Below are positions 28,753-38,245 of a stretch of DNA of 64,000 nucleotides, piece by piece. Each line of letters starts with the position of its first letter. Positions within the stretch are counted from its first letter, which is position 1. Location of the stretch: contig CAWHMU010000045.1 of assembly GCA_963830365.1 (NCBI GenBank), positions 143,036-207,035 of the forward strand, in the 5' to 3' direction. The position numbers and the translations under genes were made by a program. The stretch comes from an uncultured Chlamydiae bacterium. Lineage in GTDB: Bacteria; Chlamydiota; Chlamydiia; Chlamydiales; Parachlamydiaceae. The notes below the pieces were generated by a model. That model was not told where the DNA came from. It was given only the letters and a program-made list of their open reading frames with translations, and ran no database searches.

Positions 28753-30618
28753 TTGTGAAACGAATGTTTCCCTCCGCAAGGAGGGAAACATAGCTGTATT
28801 ATAAGATGAGGGAAGACCCCTCGGATCGGCATACAGGTGCTGATTCAAACCACTCTAAGCTGCATTAGTTAAATGCTACTTGTGGTGAACGTTAGAGAAA
28901 AGGTGTGACCAGATCACATCAGGTGATGATTAGGGAGATGAACAACAAGTAAGTACCGTAAGTAAGTGTCGAAAGTGGGATAAGTGACATAAAAACTAGA
29001 GATCTCTACACGTTTCTAGGAAGAGTCCAACGGAAACCTGATGTACTGGTTGGATTGTGTCCGGCACAGAGGTAACATGAACCTAATCTAGGCTTAAAGT
29101 ACGGAACGTTTGAACTTGTCGCTACGATGATAAGGGAAAAGTCACAAGGATACGAAATCCGAGGACGAAAGTACCAAGGCGTAGCACGAGGGCGGAGAGA
29201 TTCGTAGTAGTGAAGAAGTCTTTGTAACGAAGATGGAGCGAAGGGGTCTCCTGTCCAGCCGATTTCAAAATAGACAACCGAAAGGAATGACCTAAATGGA
29301 GAAGGCAAAATCGTATCATATTTCTAAATATGCATTTATGGAAGCATATGAGTGTGTAAAAGCCAATAAAGGTTCAGCAGGAGTTGATGATGTATCTATT
29401 CAAGATTTTGGGAATGATCTGAAAAGGAATCTCTACAAGATTTGGAATAGGATGTCATCTGGAAGCTACTTTCCGCCGCCTGTTAAAACGGTAGAAATAC
29501 CTAAAGCAGATGGAAAGATGAGAGAGTTGGGGATTCCCACAGTAGGAGACCGAATTGCACAGATGGTTGTTAAAATGTATCTAGAACCATTGATAGAGCC
29601 GCATTTTCATAATGACTCGTACGGATATAGACCAAATAAATCGGGATTAGATGCCGTAGAAGTAGCCAGAAGGATGTGTTGGAAGTATGACTGGATCTTG
29701 GATATAGATATCAAAGGATTTTTCGATAACATCGATCATGAACTCATGATGCGTGCTGTCAAAAGGCACACACAAGAACCTTGGATTCTCATATATGTGC
29801 AACGATGGTTAGAAGCCCCTGCAGAAGCCAAAGACGGAAGTTTGGTGAAAAGGACAAAAGGCACCCCACAAGGTGGCGTAATAAGTCCACTATTAGCCAA
29901 TCTCTACTTGCACTACGCATTTGATGAATGGATGAAAAGAAATTATTCTGGAAATCCATTTGAAAGATACGCAGATGATATTGTAGTACATTGTAGAACC
30001 GAAGAAGAGGCGGTAAAACTTAAAGAAGACATCAGGAAAAGACTTGAAGAGTGCAAGCTTGAATTGCATCCCGAGAAGACCAAAATCGTATATTGCAAAG
30101 ACTCAAATAGACGAGGTAACTACCAAAACGAGAAATTTGATTTTCTAGGCTATACTTTTAGACCGAGATCGTCAAGAAATCGACAAGGTAAACTCTTTGT
30201 AAATTTTACTCCGGCAATTAGCGACAAGGCAAAACAGAAAGCAAGGGATAAAATAAAAAGCTGGTTAAAAGAAGTCAAACCGAATGGAAATCTAAGAGAA
30301 TTCACCAAAATAATAAATCCAGTCATATCAGGATGGATAAATTATTATGGGAAATTTAATGCGTCTGAACTTTGGCCTATAATGAGGAATGTAGACACTG
30401 TCTTGATGAAATGGGCAAAGAAGAAATATGAGAAGTTGAAGCATAGTTGGCTAAAAGCAAAAGACTGGTTATCTAGAATAAGAAAAAGAGAATCAAATCT
30501 TTTTGCGAATTGGCAATGGATGCAGAGACACGATTTGGACAGACGAGCCGTATGAAGTGAGAGCTTCACGTACGGTTCTGTGAGGGTTTTATGGTGAAAG
30601 TCCATTTAACTACTCGGC
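28753..30618 (+). mobile_element. Group II intron (bacterial class D-like, no endonuclease domain), 1866 nt
   Basis: 5' TTGTG; domain V GAGCCGTATGAAGTGAGAGCTTCACGTACGGTTC at 30545-30578; domain VI with bulged A at 30612; EBS1 CTACAC at 29006-29011; EBS2 GTGGG at 28975-28979. Confidence 0.95.
29296..30555 (+). CDS. ltrA: Group II intron reverse transcriptase/maturase
   Basis: KANKGSAGVD, LGIPTVGDR, GTPQGGVISPLLANLYL, RYADD, domain X GWINYY; no HNH domain. Confidence 0.97.
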   Translation: MEKAKSYHISKYAFMEAYECVKANKGSAGVDDVSIQDFGNDLKRNLYKIWNRMSSGSYFPPPVKTVEIPKADGKMRELGIPTVGDRIAQMVVKMYLEPLIEPHFHNDSYGYRPNKSGLDAVEVARRMCWKYDWILDIDIKGFFDNIDHELMMRAVKRHTQEPWILIYVQRWLEAPAEAKDGSLVKRTKGTPQGGVISPLLANLYLHYAFDEWMKRNYSGNPFERYADDIVVHCRTEEEAVKLKEDIRKRLEECKLELHPEKTKIVYCKDSNRRGNYQNEKFDFLGYTFRPRSSRNRQGKLFVNFTPAISDKAKQKARDKIKSWLKEVKPNGNLREFTKIINPVISGWINYYGKFNASELWPIMRNVDTVLMKWAKKKYEKLKHSWLKAKDWLSRIRKRESNLFANWQWMQRHDLDRRAV

Positions 30619-30956
30619 CGCCGGCAGGCGCAAACCGTGGGTCATAAATTAAATAATCCAGCCCCAAGGGGGTGTTATAATTTGATCCCTAGGGTTTTAA
30701 CATTGTGAGAATTCAAAGATGCAATTATAACGCCCCTCTGGGGCTGGATTGTTTTGGGATTGTGACCCACGGTTTGCGCCGGCTGGCGCTACACCATGGG
30801 CTACAAATATGGCCGCCCCATGATGGGGCTCAGCAGCAAATGCATGATGCCAAAGTTAAACCAATACCCTTGTTACTTATCAAATCTTTTTAATCAAAAC
30901 GCCTTAACACGGGGAGGCCTGCCCGATTCGACAATTTTAAGCGATAAGTCTTAAAT

Positions 30957-31001
30957 GTCACTTTCGTCCCTTAGGTCCTTTACGTCCCTTAGGTCCCTTT
31001 C
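30957..31001. repeat. Five 9-bp tandem units (GTCCYTTAG-like) just after the mfd stop
   Basis: gtcactttc gtcccttag gtcctttac gtcccttag gtccctttc; the reverse-complement family is at 49420-49483. Confidence 0.85.
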
Positions 31002-31007
31002 CTTTTA

Positions 31008-34000
31008 CTAATTAAGGTGGAATTCCTTTTCGAGGGCGGCGATGAGCTTGCGCTCCATCTCTTGGGGGGTTTTGGGCTGGGCGACCAGCATTTTGCGGGT
31101 GGTGACTTCTTTGCCTTTCTGCCTTTCGGCCGTCAGGGTGAGTTTCTCCTGCTTGAGCAGGGTGAAGCCGTGGCGGGCGGCGAAGGCGCGCAGGCGCGTG
31201 AGGTGGTAGAGCCAGACGGCAGGTGGCGGCGGCGGACCGAAGCGGTCTTTGAGTTCTTCCCAGATGGCGTCGACCTCTTCCCCTGAGACGGCATCGCCGA
31301 GGCGCTGGTAGATGCCCATGCGCAGGCTGGTTTCGTTGACGTAGTCTTCGGGCAGGCGGGCGTCGGCGGGGAATTCGACCTTGGCGTCGGTGACGACGCT
31401 TGAGATTTTTCCCTGCATGGCCGCGATGGTGCGTTTCAGCAACTTGCAATACAGGTGGAAGCCGATCGAAGCCACCTGTCCGGATTGTTCAGTCCCTAGG
31501 ATGTTGCCGGCGCCGCGGATTTCCAGGTCGCGCATGGCGACTTTCATGCCGCCGCCATAGCCGCTGGATTCGGCCAGCGACATCAACCGCTTGCGTACGA
31601 TTTCGGGCAGGATGCGCTGGTTAGGGACGAAGAAGTAGGCATAGGCGCGGCGGTTCCAGCGGCCCACGCGGCCGCGCAACTGGTATAAGTCTGCCATGCC
31701 GAACCTGTCGGCCCGGTCGATCAAGATGGTGTTGGCATTGGGGATGTCGATGCCATTTTCGATGATGGTGGTGGCGATGAGGATATCGGCCTGTCCGCTT
31801 TTGAAGGTATGGAAGACAAGGTCGAGTTCATCGGCCGACATCTGGCCGTGGCCGACGACGATGCGGGCTTTGGGCAACAGCTTCTGGATGCGCGCGGCAT
31901 ATTCGAAGATGCTGTCGACGCGGTTGTGGATGATATAGGCCTGCCCATCACGCGCCAGTTCACGCAACAGGGCATTTTTGATGGTCAGCTCATTGCTTTC
32001 GGTGATGATGGTGGTGATCGGCAGACGGTCTTGCGGCGGCGTGTTGATCACCGACATATCGCGGGCGCTGGTCAGTGACATATAGAGGGTGCGTGGAATC
32101 GGCGTGGCCGACAGTGTCAGGCAGTCGACGCCGACTTTGATTTTCTTTAAGTGTTCTTTGGCTTTGACGCCGAAGCGCTGTTCCTCATCGATGATGAAGA
32201 GACCCAGGTCTTTGAATTTAACGTCTTCGCTGATGACGCGGTGGGTGCCGATGACGATATCGACGGCGCCACTTGCGATGCCTTCCAGGGATTCTTTGAT
32301 CTGCTTGGCCGTGCGGAAGCGCGACAGCACGGCGATATTGACCGGGAAGCTGCTGCAGCGGTCGACGAAATTCTCATAGTGCTGCATGGCCAACACTGTT
32401 GTAGGTACGAGTACAGCCACCTGCTTATGCCCGTCGATGACGGCTTTGAAGGCGGCGCGCATGGCGACTTCTGTTTTGCCATAGCCCACATCGCCGCAGA
32501 TCAGGCGGTCCATGGATTTTTTGGAGATCATGTCGGTTTTAATGCTGGCGATGGCGGCGAGCTGGTCTTCGGTTTCGACGTAGGGGAATTCTTCTTCGAA
32601 GTCGTGCATATCGGAGCTGTCTTCGCCATAGCTGAAGCCGCCGGCCAGCTCGCGTCTGGCATAGAGTTCTAGCAGCTCTGAAGCATACCCCATGATGGCG
32701 CGTTCGGCCTGCTCGCGGCTTTTCTTCCAGCGCGTACCGCCCAAGGCATGCATCTTGGGGATTTCCTCGTTGGCGCCGATATATTTGCTGACCAGATGGG
32801 ATTGATTGAAGGGTACATACAATTTGGCATTATCGGCGTATTCGACCAGCAGGTATTCGTTGACGATGCCCTGGTGGTCGGGGCGCTTTTCCAGTCCCAG
32901 GTAGCGGCCGATGCCGTTGTTATAATGCACGATCATCTCGCCCGGCGACAGGTCGTAGGTGTCGACCGGCGAGGTGTGGTAGGTGCTGCGCTGTTTCTGG
33001 CGGCGGATCTTATAGCGTTTGGTGATTTCGGTCAGCGGCAGGATAACGAGCGATAGGTCTTCGATGACCAGGCCGTTGGAGAGATAGCCAATTTGGAAAG
33101 TGGTGTGTCTGGGCAGGGCGATGCCGGCATCCTGCAGGCGCTTATGGAAATTGGTTTCATCCAGCTCCGTCGGGCATAGCACATAGAGATGCACATCTTT
33201 CCGGCTTAACGTGCCGAGTGCAATGATGAGGTCTTGCCCCGACAGCCGTTCGCTGTCGGGATTGTCGGGGAATAGGTATTCGCTGATGGTGGCAAAGGCC
33301 GGCACGAAGCGTTGGGCGGTGAATTTGCGGTTGAACATCTGGAAGGCCACTTCTTGCATGGGGGCTAAGGCTGAATAGAAGCCGTGGCCGCCTTTTTTTG
33401 TCAGATAAACTTCGCTAAGTTCTTCGATGGGCTGCTGACTCAAGAATATCTGTTGCAGCGGTGCTACGGTATCGAGGAAGTCTTCGATGCTGGCAAAGGC
33501 TTTCGATGGCGCCGACATGCCCACTAGCGATGCATAGCGGTCTTCGATAGCCAGCAGGTCGTCGTAGATAATGAGGGTGTTTGGTCCCAGGTAGTCCGAA
33601 ATGGTGCTAAGCTGGGCTGCCGCGCCGAGCAGCTCCATCTCCTGGGCGGGCGTGATTTCGAGGGTGGCAGCGGGTTTAACGGATTTTTGGCCGATGGGGT
33701 CGTAGATGCGCACCGATTCCAGATCGTCGCCCCAGAATTCCAGCCGGAAAGGATCGGGGGAGGAGACAGGGAAAATATCGATGATGCTGCCGCGTACGGC
33801 ATACTGTCCTTTGTCGCTGGCTACGCCGCAGCGTTGGTAGCCCATCTTATTCAGCTGCGTGATGAGGTCGTCAAAGACATAGCTTTGGCCGCTTTCCAGA
33901 TGGAGATAGAGTTTTTTGAAGCTGGCAGGCGGGATGAGCCTTTGCAGGCAGGCCTGCAAGCTACTTAAGATGATGTATGGCTGCGAGGATGACGACAGTT

Positions 34001-34310
34001 CATGCAGGGCGCGGTAGCGCTCGCCGACGATATCGGGACTGGGGGCGATGTTTTCCGACGGCAACGTCTCCCAGGCGGGGAAATCGATAACGGGATTCCG
34101 GGTGAAAAAGGCGAAATCGTGATAGAGGCGCACCTCCTCCTGGCTGCCGCCGGTCAGGATGAGGACGTGTTTGCCGGTGGCCTGCTGTGCCAGCGCGGCA
34201 ATTAGCGCTTTGGGGGCATTCCAAAGGTCTTCAATGAGTACCGACTGGCTGTTTTGCAAAGCGTGGTGCAGTTCGCGCAGCTTCTCACTTTGCAGGATCT
34301 CATCAAGCAC
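31008..34310 (-). CDS. mfd: Transcription-repair coupling factor
   Basis: GDVGYGKTEVA, IDEEQRFG, LSATPIPRT, QLRGRVGR, RDLEIRGAGNILG. Confidence 0.98.
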   Translation of the reverse strand: MLDEILQSEKLRELHHALQNSQSVLIEDLWNAPKALIAALAQQATGKHVLILTGGSQEEVRLYHDFAFFTRNPVIDFPAWETLPSENIAPSPDIVGERYRALHELSSSSQPYIILSSLQACLQRLIPPASFKKLYLHLESGQSYVFDDLITQLNKMGYQRCGVASDKGQYAVRGSIIDIFPVSSPDPFRLEFWGDDLESVRIYDPIGQKSVKPAATLEITPAQEMELLGAAAQLSTISDYLGPNTLIIYDDLLAIEDRYASLVGMSAPSKAFASIEDFLDTVAPLQQIFLSQQPIEELSEVYLTKKGGHGFYSALAPMQEVAFQMFNRKFTAQRFVPAFATISEYLFPDNPDSERLSGQDLIIALGTLSRKDVHLYVLCPTELDETNFHKRLQDAGIALPRHTTFQIGYLSNGLVIEDLSLVILPLTEITKRYKIRRQKQRSTYHTSPVDTYDLSPGEMIVHYNNGIGRYLGLEKRPDHQGIVNEYLLVEYADNAKLYVPFNQSHLVSKYIGANEEIPKMHALGGTRWKKSREQAERAIMGYASELLELYARRELAGGFSYGEDSSDMHDFEEEFPYVETEDQLAAIASIKTDMISKKSMDRLICGDVGYGKTEVAMRAAFKAVIDGHKQVAVLVPTTVLAMQHYENFVDRCSSFPVNIAVLSRFRTAKQIKESLEGIASGAVDIVIGTHRVISEDVKFKDLGLFIIDEEQRFGVKAKEHLKKIKVGVDCLTLSATPIPRTLYMSLTSARDMSVINTPPQDRLPITTIITESNELTIKNALLRELARDGQAYIIHNRVDSIFEYAARIQKLLPKARIVVGHGQMSADELDLVFHTFKSGQADILIATTIIENGIDIPNANTILIDRADRFGMADLYQLRGRVGRWNRRAYAYFFVPNQRILPEIVRKRLMSLAESSGYGGGMKVAMRDLEIRGAGNILGTEQSGQVASIGFHLYCKLLKRTIAAMQGKISSVVTDAKVEFPADARLPEDYVNETSLRMGIYQRLGDAVSGEEVDAIWEELKDRFGPPPPPAVWLYHLTRLRAFAARHGFTLLKQEKLTLTAERQKGKEVTTRKMLVAQPKTPQEMERKLIAALEKEFHLN

Positions 34311-34313
34311 GGT

Positions 34314-36932
34314 TTACAGTAGCTCCCGTGCTTTAAGCAAGGCCTCGCCGATCTTATGCGGGGCTTTGCCGCCGGCTTGGGCGCTGTTGCCTTTGCCGCC
34401 GCCGGTGCCTTCGACGATGGGGGCCAGAATTTTGATGATATCGATGGCTTTGGTGCCTTTCTCGGCCAGGTCGTCACTGACCCTTACCAGCAGCTGGCAT
34501 TTGTCGTCGCATTTGGCTGCCAGCACGAGTACACAGGAGGGCAGCTTTAGCATGATGTCATCGGACAGGCTGCGCATTTCTTCGGGAGAGATGTCGACAT
34601 CGGCTGCCACCAGCGGGATGTGGTTGATGGTCTCCAGTTTGGCGATCAGGCTGCCGGCCAGGCCATTGAGCTGCGCTTTCCTGAACGTCTTGAGCTGGTG
34701 GGCGAGCGCTTTGTTTTCTTCGACGAGTTTTTCGATGCGTTCTAACAGCTTCGGCGGCTGTGTCTTTAAGAAGCCTGCCAACTCGTTGAGCAGGCTGTCG
34801 CTTTGGCGGCCGAGCTTTTCGGCTTCTTCCCCGCTGACGGCTTCGATGCGGCGCACGCCGGCGGCGATGCTGCTTTCTTTGGCGATGCGGAACAGGCCGA
34901 TGGTGCCGGTGGCAGAGGTATGGGTGCCGCCGCAAAGTTCTTTGGAGTAGTCGATATCGATGACGCGGACGATGGAGCCGTACTTCTCGCCAAAGAACTG
35001 TTTGATATCCTGTTTCTTTTGGGCTTCGTCATACGAGATCTCATAGCCTTTGACAGGCATATTTTCGCGGATCTTGGCATTGACGATATCTTCGATTTGC
35101 TGGATCTCGTCGGTGGTGAGGGCCTTATGGTGGCTGAAGTCGAAGCGCAGCCGCGAGGGGTCGACAACGGAGCCTGCCTGCTTGATATGTTCTCCGAGGA
35201 CTTTATGCAGGGCCCAGTGCATGAGGTGCGTGGCCGTGTGATTGTTGGCGATTTTTTGGCGGCGGATGGTATCAATGGTGGCGGTGAGGGGGGTGCCGAT
35301 GGTCAGCAAGCCGCTTTCCAGCACGCCGGCATGCGCGATGATGCCTTTATATGGGGCTGTGCAGTCGCTGGCTTTGAACAGGGATTTTTCGCTGTGCAGG
35401 ATACCGCTATCGCCTACCTGGCCGCCCATTTCGGCGTAGAAGGGGGTTTTGTCAAGGATAACGAGACCTTCCTGGCCTGCGTGCATCTCGCCGACGAAGG
35501 CGCCGTCCACGACCAGCGCGCGCACGGTGGCGGTCGTTTGGTTTTGGGTGTAGCCTAAGAATTCGCTGGGTCCATGCTCTGTGATATAGGCGGCAAAGAG
35601 GCTTTCGCCGGCAATCTGCTGGGTGCCTTTATGCACGCTGCGCGAGCGTTCTTTGGCTTCCTGCTCCAGGGACTGATAGCGTTCTATATCCACCGTCACG
35701 CCGTCATCTTTGGCCAGCAGCAGAATTTCTTCCAAGGGGAAGCCGTAGGTGTCTTTCAGCTTGAAGGCGTCATCGCCGCTGATCTGTTTGTGCTCTCCTT
35801 GGGCCTTTTCCATGATGTTGTTTAAGATATTGCCGCCGCGGCGCAGGGTGCGGATGAAGGCTTCTTCTTCGATGGTCAGCGTCTCGGCGATGCGGCTTTC
35901 AGCGGCATGCAATTCCTTATAGTCCTGTCCCATGGTCGACAGCAGGCGTGGCAAAACTCTAGCCAGAAATGGCTCTTCCAAGCCCAGCATGCGTCCATAG
36001 CGCACCGCCCGGCGCAGCACCTTGCGCAGCACATAGCCGCGGTCGACATTGCTCGGCTGCACGCCGTCGGCAATGGCGAAGGCCAGGCAGCGCAGGTGGT
36101 CGGCGATGACGCGGAAGGCAGAGCCATGCACTTGGTCGGCAGGGTCATAGCTGCGGCCGGAGATCTGCTCCACTTGGGCGATCAGGCTGCGCAGGATATC
36201 GGTTTCAAAGACGCTTTCCACATTCATCTTCAGGCTGACCACGCGTTCAAGTCCTGCGCCCGTATCGATGGAGGGCTTTGGCAAGGGCGCCATCGTCCCG
36301 TCCGGCATGCGGTTGTATTGCATGAAGACCAGGTTCCAAAATTCAAGAAAGCGCTCTCCTTCGGGGTCTTCGCTGGGTCGGGTGGCCGCGCCATAGCGCG
36401 CGCCGCGGTCGTAGAGTAGTTCTGAGCAGGGACCGCAAGGGCCGGTATCGCCCATGGCCCAGAAGTTTTCTTTTTCGCCAAAGCGCGTGATGCGTTCGGC
36501 CGGTACATATTTAAGCCATAGTTCGAAGGCCTCATCGTCATCGCGGAAGATGGTAGGCCAGATGCGCTTTTCATCAAAACCGAATACTTCGGTAGAAACC
36601 TCCCAGGCGAAGCGGATGGCATCTTTTTTAAAGTAGTCGCCGAAGGAGAAGTTGCCGAGCATTTCAAAGAAAGTCAAGTGGCGGCTGGTGTGGCCTACGT
36701 TGTCTAGGTCGTTGTGCTTGCCGCCCACGCGGATGCATTTCTGGCTGGTGGTGGCGCGGGTGTAGTCGCGGTGGGTTTTGCCGAGGAAGACATCTTTGAA
36801 CTGGTTCATGCCGGCATTGGTGAACAGCAGCGTGGGGTCGTCATGCGGCACAACCGGCGATGAGGCGATGATGGCGTGCTGCTGAGCTTTGAAATAGTTT
36901 AGGAATTTGCGGCGGATTTCTTCGGTAAGCAT
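34314..36932 (-). CDS. alaS: Alanyl-tRNA synthetase
   Basis: [53 protein letters not shown]. Confidence 0.99.
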   Translation of the reverse strand: MLTEEIRRKFLNYFKAQQHAIIASSPVVPHDDPTLLFTNAGMNQFKDVFLGKTHRDYTRATTSQKCIRVGGKHNDLDNVGHTSRHLTFFEMLGNFSFGDYFKKDAIRFAWEVSTEVFGFDEKRIWPTIFRDDDEAFELWLKYVPAERITRFGEKENFWAMGDTGPCGPCSELLYDRGARYGAATRPSEDPEGERFLEFWNLVFMQYNRMPDGTMAPLPKPSIDTGAGLERVVSLKMNVESVFETDILRSLIAQVEQISGRSYDPADQVHGSAFRVIADHLRCLAFAIADGVQPSNVDRGYVLRKVLRRAVRYGRMLGLEEPFLARVLPRLLSTMGQDYKELHAAESRIAETLTIEEEAFIRTLRRGGNILNNIMEKAQGEHKQISGDDAFKLKDTYGFPLEEILLLAKDDGVTVDIERYQSLEQEAKERSRSVHKGTQQIAGESLFAAYITEHGPSEFLGYTQNQTTATVRALVVDGAFVGEMHAGQEGLVILDKTPFYAEMGGQVGDSGILHSEKSLFKASDCTAPYKGIIAHAGVLESGLLTIGTPLTATIDTIRRQKIANNHTATHLMHWALHKVLGEHIKQAGSVVDPSRLRFDFSHHKALTTDEIQQIEDIVNAKIRENMPVKGYEISYDEAQKKQDIKQFFGEKYGSIVRVIDIDYSKELCGGTHTSATGTIGLFRIAKESSIAAGVRRIEAVSGEEAEKLGRQSDSLLNELAGFLKTQPPKLLERIEKLVEENKALAHQLKTFRKAQLNGLAGSLIAKLETINHIPLVAADVDISPEEMRSLSDDIMLKLPSCVLVLAAKCDDKCQLLVRVSDDLAEKGTKAIDIIKILAPIVEGTGGGKGNSAQAGGKAPHKIGEALLKARELL

Positions 36933-37009
36933 GATAATGACAACATCCTCTTTAGATTCTTATAGTGGCAAGTATAATATCTATAGCGGTAATTGTCTAG
37001 GAACAAAAG

Positions 37010-37188
37010 CGGACGAAACGGACTGAGCGGACAAGGCGGACAGCGCAAAGGTGGACGAAGCGGACGTTTTTGCCAATCGTGCTACTTTTGGCGTTGTTCA
37101 CCCAACAGGACAAGTTTTTTCTCCGTGCTCTCTCTTCCGCTGTGTTTGATTTTTTTGAAACACAGAGTAACGGAGAGCACAGAGAGAG
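37010..37188. repeat. 9-nt-period CGGAC run (37010-37066) plus a CACAGAG-family palindrome (37121-37188)
   Basis: cggacgaaa cggactgag cggacaagg cggacagcg...; ccgctgtgtttgatttttttgaaacacagag core shared with 377-445. Confidence 0.8.
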
Positions 37189-37324
37189 AATAGATTTATC
37201 GTGACCGAAGGTTTTTCTGTGAAGGTGAACATGACTCTATTTTTCGCATTGATCTGAAGATTCATCGTTGTTGGATGGCAGGGAAATATGATATGAATGA
37301 ATGCAACCAACCAGGTAGGTGTTT

Positions 37325-37921
37325 ATGAAATTCAAGTTGTTTAGTTTTCTTGCCCTGATGTGTGCTTTTAATCTGCATGCCGGAAATCAAGTCAGCGATA
37401 AAGCCACTGGAGAAGTCTTTCCTGCACAGATTGCATTTGATTATCAAGGAAAAGATTATCAACTTGATGCCACCGGGGTTTCGACCAGAAAAAAACTAAT
37501 TATCAAGGTTTATAGCGTAGCGCACTATCTTCAAAAAGGCGTTGCCGTAGGAAAAGATAAACTTCAAGCCATTATGAGCGATGCCAATGCAAAGCAATTA
37601 ACGATTAAATGGGTCCGCGCAGTCCCGGCAGCTACCATTCAGGAAGGGTATGAAGATTCCTTTAAAACAGCCATCCCAGATCCTGTCTATACACAATTAC
37701 AGGCGGCCATTAAGACTTATATTGCCTTCTTTAATCAGGATGCAGAAAAAGGGGATGAACATGTGATCCGCTGGTTACCCGGCGGAATCGTTGAAGTCCA
37801 GCTTAAAGGGAAAACGGTCGGCACTATCACCGATGCAAAATTTGCAAAAGGACTGTGGAATATCTGGTTTGGCGCTAAGAGCGTGGTCAATCGGGATCAC
37901 TTGATCTCTCTCATGAAATGA
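37325..37921 (+). CDS. Secreted chalcone-isomerase-fold protein
   Basis: Signal peptide; TGVSTRKKLIIKVYSVAHY and FAKGLWNIWFG motifs typical of bacterial CHI-like proteins. Confidence 0.8.
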   Translation: MKFKLFSFLALMCAFNLHAGNQVSDKATGEVFPAQIAFDYQGKDYQLDATGVSTRKKLIIKVYSVAHYLQKGVAVGKDKLQAIMSDANAKQLTIKWVRAVPAATIQEGYEDSFKTAIPDPVYTQLQAAIKTYIAFFNQDAEKGDEHVIRWLPGGIVEVQLKGKTVGTITDAKFAKGLWNIWFGAKSVVNRDHLISLMK

Positions 37922-38007
37922 CCATATCTAACCGTTCATGAACGTCCGCTTCGGCATTGTTCACCTTTTCGTTAAAAAAAGGTGAGCATGCCGCCTTTTA
38001 CAACCAG

Positions 38008-38094
38008 TCTGCCCTCCTCTATGTCGCCGCATCTCAGCGTCTCTGCGTTAAATTGTCTAAAGGAATTCAACGCAGAGACGCAGAGGAGGGCAGA
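38008..38094. repeat. Periodic palindrome (CGCAGAG family)
   Basis: tctgccctcctct...gcgtctctgcgtt and aacgcagagacgcagaggagggcaga. Confidence 0.8.
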
Positions 38095-38245
38095 AATGGT
38101 TGTGACCGAAAGTTTTCACTGTGCAAGGTGAACATGGCCTCCGCTTCATCCATTCGTTATGAATACTTGCTAAAAAGGGGGCGATGCGCATAATCCTATA
38201 ATAGCGAACTAAATATTTTAATGTATAAATTCCTGAGGCAGCACA

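Larger units (their letters stand above)
28708..30835. repeat. Inverted REP pair (REPIN-like): copy 5 split by the intron (28708-28752 + 30619-30693), copy 6 inverted (30722-30835)
   Basis: Joining 28752 to 30619 recreates cccacggtgtag|cgccggcaggcgcaaaccgtggg, the REP hairpin. Confidence 0.93.

Noticed and set aside
29296..30555. RT as part of a DGR, retron or defence system
   Set aside because: Domains V/VI, EBS-IBS pairing and a maturase domain identify a group II intron; no TR/VR pair or msr-msd was seen.
31012..36667. Many overlapping or antisense ORFs within mfd and alaS (similarly in glgP, fad and opp genes)
   Set aside because: Shadow frames of GC3-rich coding sequence with no independent motifs.
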